A model generated the notes under the pieces. That model was not told the DNA's origin, did no database searches, and saw only the letters and a list, made by a program, of their open reading frames with translations. Of a stretch of DNA of 64,000 bases, positions 14,650 through 24,783 are shown piece by piece. Both the position numbers and the translations under genes were made by a program. Each line of letters starts with the position of its first letter. Position 1 is the first letter of the stretch. The DNA lies in IMG/VR virus record IMGVR_UViG_3300033405_000002, positions 115,595 through 179,594 of that record; one strand, given 5' to 3'. Origin of the DNA: a virus (lineage: Duplodnaviria; Heunggongvirae; Uroviricota; Caudoviricetes).

Positions 14650-14952
14650 CTAGTCGTCTTCTTCCGACTGTTCATGAGTTGCTTTTTCGCCGAAGATGGC
14701 TCGAAGAAGTTTTTCCTCAGGAGACAACGCAATGTTTGGATCGTCCGGGTAGAAGAAAGCGATCTTCGTGCAGCAAAGCAGAGCAAGCTTGCCGTCAATC
14801 AGAACCACTCGAAGCTCATACTGCGAGAACCAATCATCGTGACAGGTTTCGCAGCAAGGGACTCCGGTGTAGTCGAAGTCCTTGCAAGTAAGGTCGTAAG
14901 TTTTATCGCTTAGGTGGTAGATCATCGCAAGCTTGTGGTCGTCCGGCCCCAT
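14650..14952 (-). CDS. Hypothetical Cys-containing protein (100 aa)
   Basis: Tiles operon; CCETCH...LLCC motif. Confidence 0.6.
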   Translation of the reverse strand: MGPDDHKLAMIYHLSDKTYDLTCKDFDYTGVPCCETCHDDWFSQYELRVVLIDGKLALLCCTKIAFFYPDDPNIALSPEEKLLRAIFGEKATHEQSEEDD

Positions 14953-14999
14953 CTACGGGCGGAAAGTCACAATTGACCTGCGGGTTGATCGGTAGCCAG

Positions 15000-15284
15000 T
15001 TAGTCAAGGGTCACTCTCGGAACCGGAATCTCTGTCGCATCAGCGAGAATAATGCTCGGCAGTTTGCATTCTACCATGGCAATCTGGCTGGGGCAGAGAA
15101 GGACATAGTGATCCTTTTCCGGCTGGCGAAGCATTCCCACAGAAACATACTGACCAAACATCTGTTGCATGAGCGCCTTCATCTGTGTCTCAACAGGATG
15201 ATTCGGGTCAGCCTTTACGGTGATGTCCTGCGTGGTCTGCTCACCGGATACAAAAGTGATGTTGAACGAAAGCTTAATTTCCAT
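15000..15284 (-). CDS. Hypothetical protein (94 aa)
   Basis: Starts 5 nt after RNR stop. Confidence 0.7.
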   Translation of the reverse strand: MEIKLSFNITFVSGEQTTQDITVKADPNHPVETQMKALMQQMFGQYVSVGMLRQPEKDHYVLLCPSQIAMVECKLPSIILADATEIPVPRVTLD

Positions 15285-15288
15285 GCCG

Positions 15289-17193
15289 TTAAACTTCGCA
15301 CGCGCCAGCGGAACAAGCGAGTTCCTTTGCGGCCGTGGTCATGTCCTCTTTTTCAAAGTCAGGGAGCTTAGACCAGTCAATGACTGGCATCTTCTCTCTC
15401 AACTTCAAATACTCAGCTTCCGTGATTTCTGCGTAAGGTGCCTGCTTATACACGTGGTCTGAGTGAGGCATGAAACTGATCCCACCGATGACATCGAAGT
15501 GCTTGTAAACCCACGCGAGCACGTCTGTCCATTCGTTTTCTTTGACATGGATCGTGCAGGATGGGTTGTGCTCTGTCCAGTGGAGTTTATAGGTCAGGTA
15601 AAGCTCAAGCTGTTCCAGTGCGGTGCGGTCATTGCGGCAGACGCTTGTCTCCGGTGACTCCAGCGGCCAAAAGAACATATCGACGTCGTTCGGGCTTGCA
15701 CAGTAAGGCTCATTGTGGCAGCCGATGGATTTCAAGAACGCGTTGATCGGACTCTTGCGGTCTTCTTGCGTGCCGCGAAGCAGCCAGTGTGACCAACGGC
15801 TATGGATTCCCGGCGAGCAATTCACAAGCTGGCTCACAGTGCCGGACGGTTTGATACAGGTGATGGCAGCGGGGACGGGGATGCCAAGTTTCCCCGCCCA
15901 CTCCGTTGCCACTTCCACGGAATACTCACGAAGCTCGTCCAGTAGCTTTGCGAGTTCCGGCCCGTTGGTGTACATCAACGGGTTGTCCATGATCCCGGTC
16001 AAGCTGACACCGAGTAAGCGTTCTTCTTCGGCGTTCTTCTGCCACTCTTTGCGGAGATAGCGGAACTCAGTCAACGTGGATTGGAGACACCCGATAATTG
16101 TAGCGATGCGTACCTTGCGTTTGATCGTAGCCTTGGTGTCATGCGGTCGTACAATCACTTCTGAGAGGTTACAGAAGCCTTTAGAGCGTAGATTGATCTC
16201 CGCGCAAGGATTACAGCCAAAATCAATTCCTTCCCACTTCCTGCGCCCTGTCTTCTTGGCGGCATTGGTCGCGGCGATACGATTGAAGATGCCGCGTTCA
16301 CCAGACTTCGACTCGATCAAAGTCAAAAATTCCCGGATGAAAATCTCCGGGTCTGGTTTCTCAGTGTAGGCTACAGAGTTGTTCGCGAGACGGCGATGAT
16401 TAAACTCGTTCCACCATTGTCCGTTCTTCGCGTTGCGCATACGTTCGTCCGATAAGTTCGACAACGAAAGCATAGCACTCCGGCGCACACCACCCACCAC
16501 AACGATGTCAGCAACCATGCACATCAGGTCATGGCATTCGAGTGAGTTGAGTTTACGTCCTGCGGCTTTCTGGAAGGTTGCTACGGTGAACTTGAAAAGC
16601 TTGTCGAGCGGATCGGGGCCGGATGCGCGTCCACCCATTGTCTTGAGCACGGCACCTGCTGGGCGCACCGCACTCAAATCCCATGTGGGGATCGAACCGG
16701 AATACAAAAGAGAGATCAACTGTCGAAAAGCGTTCGACCAACCGATCTTGGAATCCCTTACTTTGATGCACGTTTCGACGGGATAAAAATTTTCCGCGAT
16801 GACGGGAAGCTGGTTCACGTACTGGCGTTCGACGGAAAAACCCACACCTGTGCCGCACATCGAAAGGTACATCGCTTCGTCAAATGCCCGTGAGTCATCA
16901 ACCGCGATGTAGGAGCAGTTGTAGCCAGCGGCGTTGTCCTTCTCAAGCGCCGGACCAGCGGTGCTCATGCTGCGCATGGACGGCATAACGTCCATGTTTA
17001 GAATAGCTTTTTCAAGTTCGATGGAGACTTCTTCTCGGCAGGCTTTTGGAATTCGCGGTGTGAAAAATTCAACGTAGCGGTGGACTGTCTCATCCCAATT
17101 TTCTCTGCGTTGTTTCTCGTAATCCCAGCGGGCGTAGCGTGATTTGTGGATGAATTCTTGATACGGGGAAATATTGGAAGCCTTGCTAACCAT
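15289..17193 (-). CDS. nrdJ: Class II (adenosylcobalamin-dependent) ribonucleotide reductase
   Basis: YQEFIHKSRYARW...RENWDETVHRY, GYNCSY, GGVRRSA, GCNPCAEI (thiyl Cys), FCNLSEV, TCIKPSGTVSQL, C-terminal CSAGACEV; no small subunit adjacent. Confidence 0.9.
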   Translation of the reverse strand: MVSKASNISPYQEFIHKSRYARWDYEKQRRENWDETVHRYVEFFTPRIPKACREEVSIELEKAILNMDVMPSMRSMSTAGPALEKDNAAGYNCSYIAVDDSRAFDEAMYLSMCGTGVGFSVERQYVNQLPVIAENFYPVETCIKVRDSKIGWSNAFRQLISLLYSGSIPTWDLSAVRPAGAVLKTMGGRASGPDPLDKLFKFTVATFQKAAGRKLNSLECHDLMCMVADIVVVGGVRRSAMLSLSNLSDERMRNAKNGQWWNEFNHRRLANNSVAYTEKPDPEIFIREFLTLIESKSGERGIFNRIAATNAAKKTGRRKWEGIDFGCNPCAEINLRSKGFCNLSEVIVRPHDTKATIKRKVRIATIIGCLQSTLTEFRYLRKEWQKNAEEERLLGVSLTGIMDNPLMYTNGPELAKLLDELREYSVEVATEWAGKLGIPVPAAITCIKPSGTVSQLVNCSPGIHSRWSHWLLRGTQEDRKSPINAFLKSIGCHNEPYCASPNDVDMFFWPLESPETSVCRNDRTALEQLELYLTYKLHWTEHNPSCTIHVKENEWTDVLAWVYKHFDVIGGISFMPHSDHVYKQAPYAEITEAEYLKLREKMPVIDWSKLPDFEKEDMTTAAKELACSAGACEV

Positions 17194-17261
17194 GATGACT
17201 CTTTCTCGAATGTAATCTATGTTTGGTAATACTCAGGACGATAACTAAGGGACGGAGATTG

Positions 17262-17356
17262 GCGAAAAAATTTCACTAGCGAAAAATCGTCCAAAGAAAT
17301 TTTCGCTGTGTTGATGGGCTTTCCGCACCGCATGAAATTTGGGGAAAACGAAAATC
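17262..17356. repeat. Cluster of GCGAAAA(A)TTTC-like repeats in AT-rich intergenic DNA
   Basis: Copies at 17262, 17279, 17296 (inverted), partial at 17334 and 17349. Confidence 0.5.
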
Positions 17357-17374
17357 TTCAATAATGATGGAGAA

Positions 17375-18013
17375 TCACTCAAGCACACATTCGCACGGAG
17401 AAACTGTTGCTTCGGCTCTTCCATAAAGTGGGTGACCGGGGAACATAGCGATGTTGTATTGGCCACGACCATGACACCGTGGACAACTCTTTTTTGCAAG
17501 GAAAGGGATCGTGTATGATGTGACACCACATCGGTTGCGCACAAGAATCCTTTCTTCTTCCGTCAGATTCTCACGCGTGATGATGGTGATCGTGGTTTCA
17601 GCATCAATTTTCTTTTCAGTGATGAGCGGGTTCTTCTCCGGTGGTTGCCAGTTGGGGGGCGTGTCTTCGTGAAGTTTCCGCGCCTTGCGTCGGATGTACC
17701 CTTCCGTCAGGTTCATCTGGTAGAACTTGTCTTTCTTGACATCAAGCTGAAAGATGACGCAATTCCGAATACGCTCCGCAGGGATACCATCAACATCATC
17801 CGCCCAGTTGCGGAGATCGGAAAGGACGGTCGTAGACGCGTTTGGATTCATCACGCCGAGTGCGGGCTGCGGCGCTGCCGCGCCATCGGTCGCCTTGCGT
17901 GTTGGAGCAGTTTGAATTCCTTGAATCAATTTCTCGCGCTGGTCGTCAGAGTAGTTGTTCCATTCGTCATCTGAGATGTAGCGGAGCTTGAACGGTTTTA
18001 GTAATCGGGCCAT
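17375..18013 (-). CDS. Hypothetical protein with C-terminal Zn ribbon (CPRCHG...CEC)
   Basis: 212 aa ORF in replication operon. Confidence 0.8.
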   Translation of the reverse strand: MARLLKPFKLRYISDDEWNNYSDDQREKLIQGIQTAPTRKATDGAAAPQPALGVMNPNASTTVLSDLRNWADDVDGIPAERIRNCVIFQLDVKKDKFYQMNLTEGYIRRKARKLHEDTPPNWQPPEKNPLITEKKIDAETTITIITRENLTEEERILVRNRCGVTSYTIPFLAKKSCPRCHGRGQYNIAMFPGHPLYGRAEATVSPCECVLE

Positions 18014-18018
18014 TGGAA

Positions 18019-18603
18019 TTAAATACCCGCCTTCTTAGCTTTTGTGTCCGTAGGTTCCGGGGCGGTTTGTGCCCCTCCCGTCTCCCCTATTTCATTTTCA
18101 CCGTCTTCACTATTTAACAATCTTGACTGTCTTATATCTAGTAAAGGCACAGCCAGCGCACAGTCTGAGCACTGCGTCAGCACAACGTCAGCACGGTGTC
18201 CCCACAGCCTGAGCACAGCGTCAGTGTGGCGTCTGTTTAGGGACTCATAGTGGACCCGCTCGTAAGTCTCATCAACGAAACCACATAGGCGGTATCCCTT
18301 CAGCACACCGTCAGTTGGTTGATCGTTGATAATTAGAACAGGGTAATTCCCTTTCCTGCCTTTTCCTTTCGGATATTGTATGTAACCTTCTTCGCGTAAA
18401 ATTCGCATGTCGTTCTGCACAGTGGTCACATTTTCGCCGAACGCGGTAGCGATACTGTGTGAATTGGTGAAGCACACACCAGATGCCCAACGGCGGCGCT
18501 GAAGTAGGTATGCAAACAGTCCATAAGTGCGCAGGCAGAATCGTCCTTCTTCCACGTGCTCAAGGATGCCGTTGCGTAGTTTTAAGAAGCCTTGATCGCT
18601 CAT
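18019..18603 (-). CDS. Winged-HTH replication initiator-like protein
   Basis: YGLFAYLL...SHSIATAFGENVTTVQNDMRILREEGYIQ; coupled (ATGA) to primase-helicase. Confidence 0.6.
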   Translation of the reverse strand: MSDQGFLKLRNGILEHVEEGRFCLRTYGLFAYLLQRRRWASGVCFTNSHSIATAFGENVTTVQNDMRILREEGYIQYPKGKGRKGNYPVLIINDQPTDGVLKGYRLCGFVDETYERVHYESLNRRHTDAVLRLWGHRADVVLTQCSDCALAVPLLDIRQSRLLNSEDGENEIGETGGAQTAPEPTDTKAKKAGI

Positions 18604-21539
18604 AGCTCCTCGTCGAATGATGCTGCCATAGATTTCTCACATGCGTCTTCCGCACTCACAACCGCGAAGGGACGCTTCTTTTCCGTCATGTAGTTTGAGT
18701 CCGGGTCAACGCTGAACTCCAGAACCCACTCACGTCCAGCGTTACGGTCTCGTCCACGAACCATGAGACCATCATTGCCGTTCTTGGTGAGAGTAGCAAC
18801 GCCGATGCACAAGTCACATTTTTCAATGATCGTAGTCAACGAGTGAATGTTGCCATCTCGCCGCAGAATGCTTTCAATCTCATCGTCAAAGCGTTCCACG
18901 CCGCCGTTCTTTTCCTGAATCTTTTGGATGTCGCGGACAGCACTGGAGCCGAACTGCGCAGTGATAATCACCATGCAACCCTTTCCCCCGAACGCATGAC
19001 GGCTAAACTGGAACAGTCTTTCAATCGCTTCCGCTCGAAGATCGTAGGTCAGCGCCCTACCATGTGCATCAACAGAAGGCATAATGCTGTCAACCGGATC
19101 AATGATAATGAAGTCCCATTGATACTTTGCATACGTTGATTCCGCGTATGCCAGCAGAGCTTCAATTTTATTCTCTTCACCACCAGCGATTACACCGATG
19201 TTCTGCGGCTCAAGGTAACCGGGGACGATCTCCCCCGCTTTAAGCTTCAGCAACAGCGTCTTGATCTTTGCAAGGTCTTCTTCGGTTGCCGTGACAGTCA
19301 GCCCATCCCACGCATGTGAGCCGGGAATTGGGCCAATCTCTGGGTCTTCCCGGTAGAAGTGGGAAAGCTGTAATGTCAACTTGTCGAGAACTTTGTCTAC
19401 TTGGTGTTCTCCGGCGAAGAAGATTCCGTTCTTGCCTTGAATAGCGTAATTCAACCCCAATGACATAACTGCCGTTGTTTTACGGTTGTTGGATGGGCCG
19501 CAGAAGCAGATGTAGCGACTGCCGTCCAATCCGATGTTCGCGCCGGAGTTGTCAATCGTCGGGAAGAATGTCTTGAACTTACGTGAGTCGTCCACACCAC
19601 TCAGCTTGCGTGCGAAGCGGTCGTAAATTTCTTCTGTCTTCTCCTGCCAAGCGCCTTGACTGAAGTTCGAATCCTGCGCTGTGCTCTTGTTCTGGTTGCG
19701 TCGGAGCGCGGAACGAAACTCTTGAATGTTCCAATCTTCTTTGAGGATCGGGATTGCAGCACGGAGCGCACGAATCTCGAAGCGCACATCCAAGACTTTA
19801 AGCAACTGCGTGGCGGTCTCATCAAACTTGCTCGCTGGCTGCTCCGTCAAGCTGTCAATATACTTGACCATCTCATCTTTGAACTGACTGAGAACTTTGT
19901 CCTTTTTCAGATCGTCATTGATGAGAATGAAATTCTTGAGCGCTTCCTTGTCCGGCAGCTTTTTGTGCGCGTCTACGTACTTGATGAGTGTCATCAAAGT
20001 TGGACCAAACGGAACACTGATTGTGACTTCGCTCACTTCTCCACGTGGCGGCTTCCGCTTTGACGGCGGATTGTTCATCCCTAGCTTGTCTTTGATCCGC
20101 TTCTTGTAGTGAATGAATCCGTCGATATACGTGTCTTCCGGGTGATGCAGCATAATCGCAAGCAGATCATGCGTTCGTTCGTCGCAGAATTTATCCGCAT
20201 CATCCGGCTTGCGGGAGTCAGGTGTAGGTTCTTCGCCGGGTTCCGGCTCTGCCTTCACCGTTAGCTCTTCTTCAATCTCTGCTGTGATGCCAGCTTCGAT
20301 ACGAGCTTCTGCATCTTTCGCTTCTTCCGCAAACTCTGCAACTGCATCAAGTCCTTCATCCACGAAGACCGGGTAAGGATAAGGCTTGTATAGCGGATTA
20401 CCCTTTTCGTCAACAGCTTCGCGGAGAATCTTGAAGATGGTGCCGATGGTGCTGCCCTCGCAGTCATCCGAGAAGCAGTGATACCCGAAGGTGTCACCAA
20501 TAACGAAGCCGGAAAGAGACGAACCAGTGTGCTTGTGTCCGGCGACCAAGCACGTGTCCGTGACAACAATGGTCATGCCATTGGTTTCACGCGTGCCATC
20601 AGTAGCGAACGCACCTTGGTTCTCGTACCATTCAATCCAGTCGTTCGGATCAAACCCTTCTACCAACTCTGGAACATCGTCCGAACGGCGGTTGGTGACC
20701 GGGACGGCACTACCAAGCTGAAGAATCTGATCGAGCGTTACCGCAAGGATCGGTGCTTTTGGCGGAAGCAGACGGTTTCTACGGAACGGGCGCTCCGGCG
20801 TATTGGTGCCTTTGCGCGTTGTGGTCCCGTAGGCACGAGTAAGACGTGACGCGTTGAATACAGCGCAGTCAATATCTGCAACGGCGCAGTTGTGTTTTGC
20901 CGCAAGAGCTTTCAGGCAGTCCACCAGCATGTGAATGTTATGCTGGTTGTTTCCCATGTTGAGCTTGCATAAAATATGGAAGCCATTGCCTGAGTCACCG
21001 AGAAGTGGCTGAGGCCAACCCCGTGCATCAAGGTCTTGTAGAATGTTTGTGGCTACAACCTTGGTTGCGGCCTTCTCCGCGTCCGTGGAGCATTCGTGCT
21101 GAACCGCGTCAAACTCTTTTTTGCGTTCCGGGTCGCCAGCAAGCTCAGGGGATCGCGTAGTGTCAATGTCGATGAACAACCACTGCAATGTGTCGATGTC
21201 TTCGTTTTTCGTCAACTCACGTGACGGGCCGGAGAGAATTTCTTCAACCTGCTCAGCGTTTGGATTTTCAACTACGGAGTCTCCCGCCTTCTGCCGTTCC
21301 CTTACGAAGTTTGGCTTGACAGGGTTGATGACGTAATAGAGACTGACCACGCGGGGATCGGCATCGAGCCGTTCAACTGTTTGGGCAAGCTGCTCGTGGT
21401 CGGAGAAGTAGAGGCCCTTCCAGTAACCTTCGGTGTTCTTGATACGAAACTCAACGAGTTGTCCCGGCTTGAATAGCAGGGAGATTCCAAGTTTGATGGT
21501 GTTGAGTTGCGAAATGTCAGAAGCCAAAGATTCCCCCAA
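18600..21539 (-). CDS. Bifunctional primase-helicase (AEP-like N-terminus, SF4/DnaB-like C-terminus)
   Basis: WLFIDID, DSGNGFHIL, NASRLTRAYGT primase motifs; GPSNNRKTT, IIIDPVD, IITAQ helicase motifs. Confidence 0.8.
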   Translation of the reverse strand: MGESLASDISQLNTIKLGISLLFKPGQLVEFRIKNTEGYWKGLYFSDHEQLAQTVERLDADPRVVSLYYVINPVKPNFVRERQKAGDSVVENPNAEQVEEILSGPSRELTKNEDIDTLQWLFIDIDTTRSPELAGDPERKKEFDAVQHECSTDAEKAATKVVATNILQDLDARGWPQPLLGDSGNGFHILCKLNMGNNQHNIHMLVDCLKALAAKHNCAVADIDCAVFNASRLTRAYGTTTRKGTNTPERPFRRNRLLPPKAPILAVTLDQILQLGSAVPVTNRRSDDVPELVEGFDPNDWIEWYENQGAFATDGTRETNGMTIVVTDTCLVAGHKHTGSSLSGFVIGDTFGYHCFSDDCEGSTIGTIFKILREAVDEKGNPLYKPYPYPVFVDEGLDAVAEFAEEAKDAEARIEAGITAEIEEELTVKAEPEPGEEPTPDSRKPDDADKFCDERTHDLLAIMLHHPEDTYIDGFIHYKKRIKDKLGMNNPPSKRKPPRGEVSEVTISVPFGPTLMTLIKYVDAHKKLPDKEALKNFILINDDLKKDKVLSQFKDEMVKYIDSLTEQPASKFDETATQLLKVLDVRFEIRALRAAIPILKEDWNIQEFRSALRRNQNKSTAQDSNFSQGAWQEKTEEIYDRFARKLSGVDDSRKFKTFFPTIDNSGANIGLDGSRYICFCGPSNNRKTTAVMSLGLNYAIQGKNGIFFAGEHQVDKVLDKLTLQLSHFYREDPEIGPIPGSHAWDGLTVTATEEDLAKIKTLLLKLKAGEIVPGYLEPQNIGVIAGGEENKIEALLAYAESTYAKYQWDFIIIDPVDSIMPSVDAHGRALTYDLRAEAIERLFQFSRHAFGGKGCMVIITAQFGSSAVRDIQKIQEKNGGVERFDDEIESILRRDGNIHSLTTIIEKCDLCIGVATLTKNGNDGLMVRGRDRNAGREWVLEFSVDPDSNYMTEKKRPFAVVSAEDACEKSMAASFDEEL

Positions 21540-21718
21540 AGTTGGCGCGGGACTCTCAGCTTGAGGGTCACTGGAGTCCCCGCCACAATCTCACGGAGCT
21601 ACCGGAGACGGTACAACAACAGTTCTAATACCAAGCTTGTGCCATTTTCTAGGTATTTACCCATCAGGACGAACCCGACAGTAAATCCCTGTGTCCGGTC
21701 TACGCGTCTCAAAATTGC

Positions 21719-22222
21719 ATGGACACATTCGAAATCAAGCTGCTCAACTTCGTGTTTTGCTTCCACCGTCTGTCATGGCGCGAAGAGTTCGGCATCAAGT
21801 ACCCGCCGAACGAAGATCGTCGCCGTGTGCAGTTGGCCTATGGCTTAACGGAGGTCTCCGGCTTGAAGGTTGCATCCCCAGAAGAAGCCTTAAAAGTGTT
21901 CAAGGCTATACCCATGTCCGTTATCCACCGCGTCTACATCCTGTACATGGACGCGCTTCAAACCCCACGCATGTTCAATACTGTTGGGCTTTACCAAGCG
22001 CCGGAACCTAACAGGCTGGTGCGGAAGTTTGAAGAGCAGGAAGAGCAACGCGAGCGGATCATGGATCGTGTGGAGCAAGAACTGGAAACGAAATTCGGAC
22101 GCAAAGAGCTGGATGAACAGCGCGAAATTGAATTGCAAATGTTGAAGAAATCCAAGGGCCGTGGGTTGACTAAAGCCAGCCCGGATGTTCCAGCGCCAAA
22201 GCCGAAGATGAACAATGACTAA
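21719..22222 (+). CDS. Hypothetical tail-module protein (167 aa)
   Basis: First ORF of plus-strand structural run. Confidence 0.7.
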   Translation: MDTFEIKLLNFVFCFHRLSWREEFGIKYPPNEDRRRVQLAYGLTEVSGLKVASPEEALKVFKAIPMSVIHRVYILYMDALQTPRMFNTVGLYQAPEPNRLVRKFEEQEEQRERIMDRVEQELETKFGRKELDEQREIELQMLKKSKGRGLTKASPDVPAPKPKMNND

Positions 22223-23300
22223 ATTTACCAAAGGCAAAGAAGCATCTCTCGGCATGGACATCATGCGCCGGATCAGCGATGGGCAAACTCAACTCGCCCC
22301 GGCCGAAGATGTTGAGCGCATCAAGCAGGAGATCAGTGAAAACTGCGAAGAACTCATTGAGATTGGCGCTCGTATCCGCCCGTTGATGTGTGATGGTAAA
22401 CAAATTGGCTGGGTGCGTGGGATTCATTCGGCGGAACGAAAGATCATGCGGCGCTGGGTGAGAGACCCCAACGATTACGTGGCGATGACAATCTTGCACG
22501 CTACCACGTTTACCAAAGAAGAGATCGAGGCGATGCAGGGGCTTGAAATTCGCAGCATCGTGGAAGTTATCAAGCAGATGAGCAACTACGATCTTTCATT
22601 GTACCCGTACCTTGCGGCATACGTCACTACGTCATCGTCGGAAGCTCTCTGGTATGGCAAGGGAGAAGACCTTACATCGTTCGATCATAAGGTAGTCACC
22701 ATGCCGGACGGCAAGAAGATGACCATCATGGCCCCGCCTGACCATTCGCGCCTGTGGGCAACGCTCTGCAACTACCGGGAGCAAGCTAAGAAACGGCTGG
22801 AAGACAACTTCAATTCTTTGTTCATTGTTCGTCCATGGGCGGGCAAAGGGGCTGACCCTATCGCGCACGAGTTGAAGAACATCTCGCGTCAGTTGGAAAC
22901 GAACTCTAACCACATGTGGGAACAGGTTGTGCGCGTGCCTCGCGCCGTGGATAAGAACGACGGCTGGGGTCACCCCGGCGATACGGTCGATGACTTGATT
23001 CGTGAGATGAAGGGCATGATGGAAGGGGATAAGCACGAGCGCCTGATGGACGCATGGCAGAAGCAGATGGTTGCCGAAGCAGAAGCGAAGAAGAAAGCAA
23101 TCGAAGAAGCGCGGAAGAAGCGCGGCGTGGAAGGGCCGGGAATTAGCGCGGAACGCACCGAAGTGCTTACGGACGCACAGGTTAAGGCGCGTCAAGCCGC
23201 GTTGAGAGCCGGGAAGATGCCGGGAGCGGTGACGCGCCGTGAAACGTATGAGAAGGACTCAACGGACTTGCAGATCGAGAAGATTAGCAAATACCGTTAG
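22215..23300 (+). CDS. Hypothetical protein, possible tail assembly chaperone (361 aa)
   Basis: Helical, charged ORF upstream of tape measure; function by position only. Confidence 0.65.
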   Translation: MTKFTKGKEASLGMDIMRRISDGQTQLAPAEDVERIKQEISENCEELIEIGARIRPLMCDGKQIGWVRGIHSAERKIMRRWVRDPNDYVAMTILHATTFTKEEIEAMQGLEIRSIVEVIKQMSNYDLSLYPYLAAYVTTSSSEALWYGKGEDLTSFDHKVVTMPDGKKMTIMAPPDHSRLWATLCNYREQAKKRLEDNFNSLFIVRPWAGKGADPIAHELKNISRQLETNSNHMWEQVVRVPRAVDKNDGWGHPGDTVDDLIREMKGMMEGDKHERLMDAWQKQMVAEAEAKKKAIEEARKKRGVEGPGISAERTEVLTDAQVKARQAALRAGKMPGAVTRRETYEKDSTDLQIEKISKYR

Positions 23301-23968
23301 ACAAGCTGCGCTACGCCGTTCGGCTGGATGTGGAATATCAGCTTCGGCGTATTGCACGTGGCGGCATACTCCGGTCTGACATTGCCGTCCGCGTCATGCG
23401 TGCTGGCGAACATCAGCCTGTAGCCTTCTTCGCAATGACCTTTCTTGCGCTTGCACACCGGACAGGACTGACAGTGCAGGACGTAGGGATCAGTCTCAGG
23501 CGGTATCACCTTCTTGGTGCGCGTCAGGTAAACGATTACGAGCGGGAAGAAAGCCGCAACTATCAATCCGGCGAAGTAAAGCACTAAGCCGAAGGGATGA
23601 CCGTTCGGGACGTTGAACATCAGCGAAAAGACAACTTCGGTGATGATGGAGCCGAAGAAGCCAAGCAGCATGTATCCGGTTCCGGCGACCATGCCGCCGA
23701 TGCTGACGCGGTAGATCGTGCCGTCCGCCGTGATCCGTTTGTAGCGGCGGTGTAAAAGAGCGATCAGCGTCCAGCAAGCGCAGGTTAAGGGGCCAAGCAG
23801 CTTGAAGAACACGGACAGGTTATAGAAACTGCCGTGGGGGTCAACCGCAATCAGGATGAAGGGAACGAACAAAAAGAGAACGGGCCCGATGAAAGCCGCG
23901 ATCAGCAGAACGATATTCCAGATCAGGAACCGTCCGATGCTCTCGAAAAGGTGTCCAAAGGATTTCAT
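23297..23968 (-). CDS. Multi-pass membrane protein with C-terminal Cys/His motif
   Basis: Four to five hydrophobic segments; CQSCPVC...HC; own TATACT -10 and GGAGG RBS; antisense to flanking operon. Confidence 0.8.
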   Translation of the reverse strand: MKSFGHLFESIGRFLIWNIVLLIAAFIGPVLFLFVPFILIAVDPHGSFYNLSVFFKLLGPLTCACWTLIALLHRRYKRITADGTIYRVSIGGMVAGTGYMLLGFFGSIITEVVFSLMFNVPNGHPFGLVLYFAGLIVAAFFPLVIVYLTRTKKVIPPETDPYVLHCQSCPVCKRKKGHCEEGYRLMFASTHDADGNVRPEYAATCNTPKLIFHIQPNGVAQLV

Positions 23969-24126
23969 GTGCCCCTCCAGTTCTAGTATACGCCAAAACA
24001 GGCACTTTTATCCACTTTTAACCCTTTGAAAACACATAAGATACAGCCCTTTTTCCCCGAATTCGGTATTAAGAATCAACGATTTCGGCTTTTCAGGCTG
24101 CAAATCTACTTTACAGAAGGACTCGC

Positions 24127-24780
24127 ATGGACAACGTTGAAGCAGCAAAGCAAGAACTGAATGAGATCGCCCCGGCGTCCCCCCAAACCGCCGCGCCGAA
24201 GTCTCTGGAAGATGTAATCGCCGGACTTAAAGGCTTCGGCATCGAAGAGTTCGAAGAAATCCTGACCGTTCGCTGCAAGGGTAAAGACCTTCGTCTGAAG
24301 ATCAGCAACATTCCCACCACGGACGAAATGCTCGCGGTTCAAGCGGCGGACGAATTCAAGGGTTATCTTTGGATCAAACGAGTGAAAGTTGAACTGATCT
24401 CGCGCTCGATTTCTTGGATCGACGGGATCAGCATCCGCGATCTGGACGGTGACAAGCGTTACATCCCAGACCCTACCGACCCGGCAAAGTCGCTACGCGA
24501 TATTCAAGTAGTGCTCCGCAACATTCTCATGGGCTGGGGGCAGGAGCTTGTTGAAGTTTTATGGAAAGTGGTTATGAACCACTCTCAGAACATCGAAGAC
24601 AAGTTGAAAGAACAATTCCCAAGCAGCGCGATTATGACTGAAGTGGAAGCCCGTCTGTTCGAGCGAGCACGCAAGCAGATGGAAGAAGCCAGCAAGGTCA
24701 TTCTCGAAGAGCAGGTTTCTAAGTTGTATGACACAGCCACGGGTGTCCCAGAAGAGCAACCCGTGGAACAAGGGAACTAA
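24127..24780 (+). CDS. Probable tail assembly chaperone (217 aa)
   Basis: Acidic helical ORF immediately before tape measure; AGAAGGA RBS. Confidence 0.6.
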   Translation: MDNVEAAKQELNEIAPASPQTAAPKSLEDVIAGLKGFGIEEFEEILTVRCKGKDLRLKISNIPTTDEMLAVQAADEFKGYLWIKRVKVELISRSISWIDGISIRDLDGDKRYIPDPTDPAKSLRDIQVVLRNILMGWGQELVEVLWKVVMNHSQNIEDKLKEQFPSSAIMTEVEARLFERARKQMEEASKVILEEQVSKLYDTATGVPEEQPVEQGN

Positions 24781-24783
24781 TAA

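Noticed and set aside
15289-21539. Inteins or introns in RNR or primase-helicase
   Set aside because: Both ORFs are continuous, of ordinary length, and show no Hint or LAGLIDADG motifs
21719-24780. Programmed frameshift in tail assembly chaperone genes
   Set aside because: No convincing slippery heptamer near the ORF ends; the downstream ORFs have their own starts
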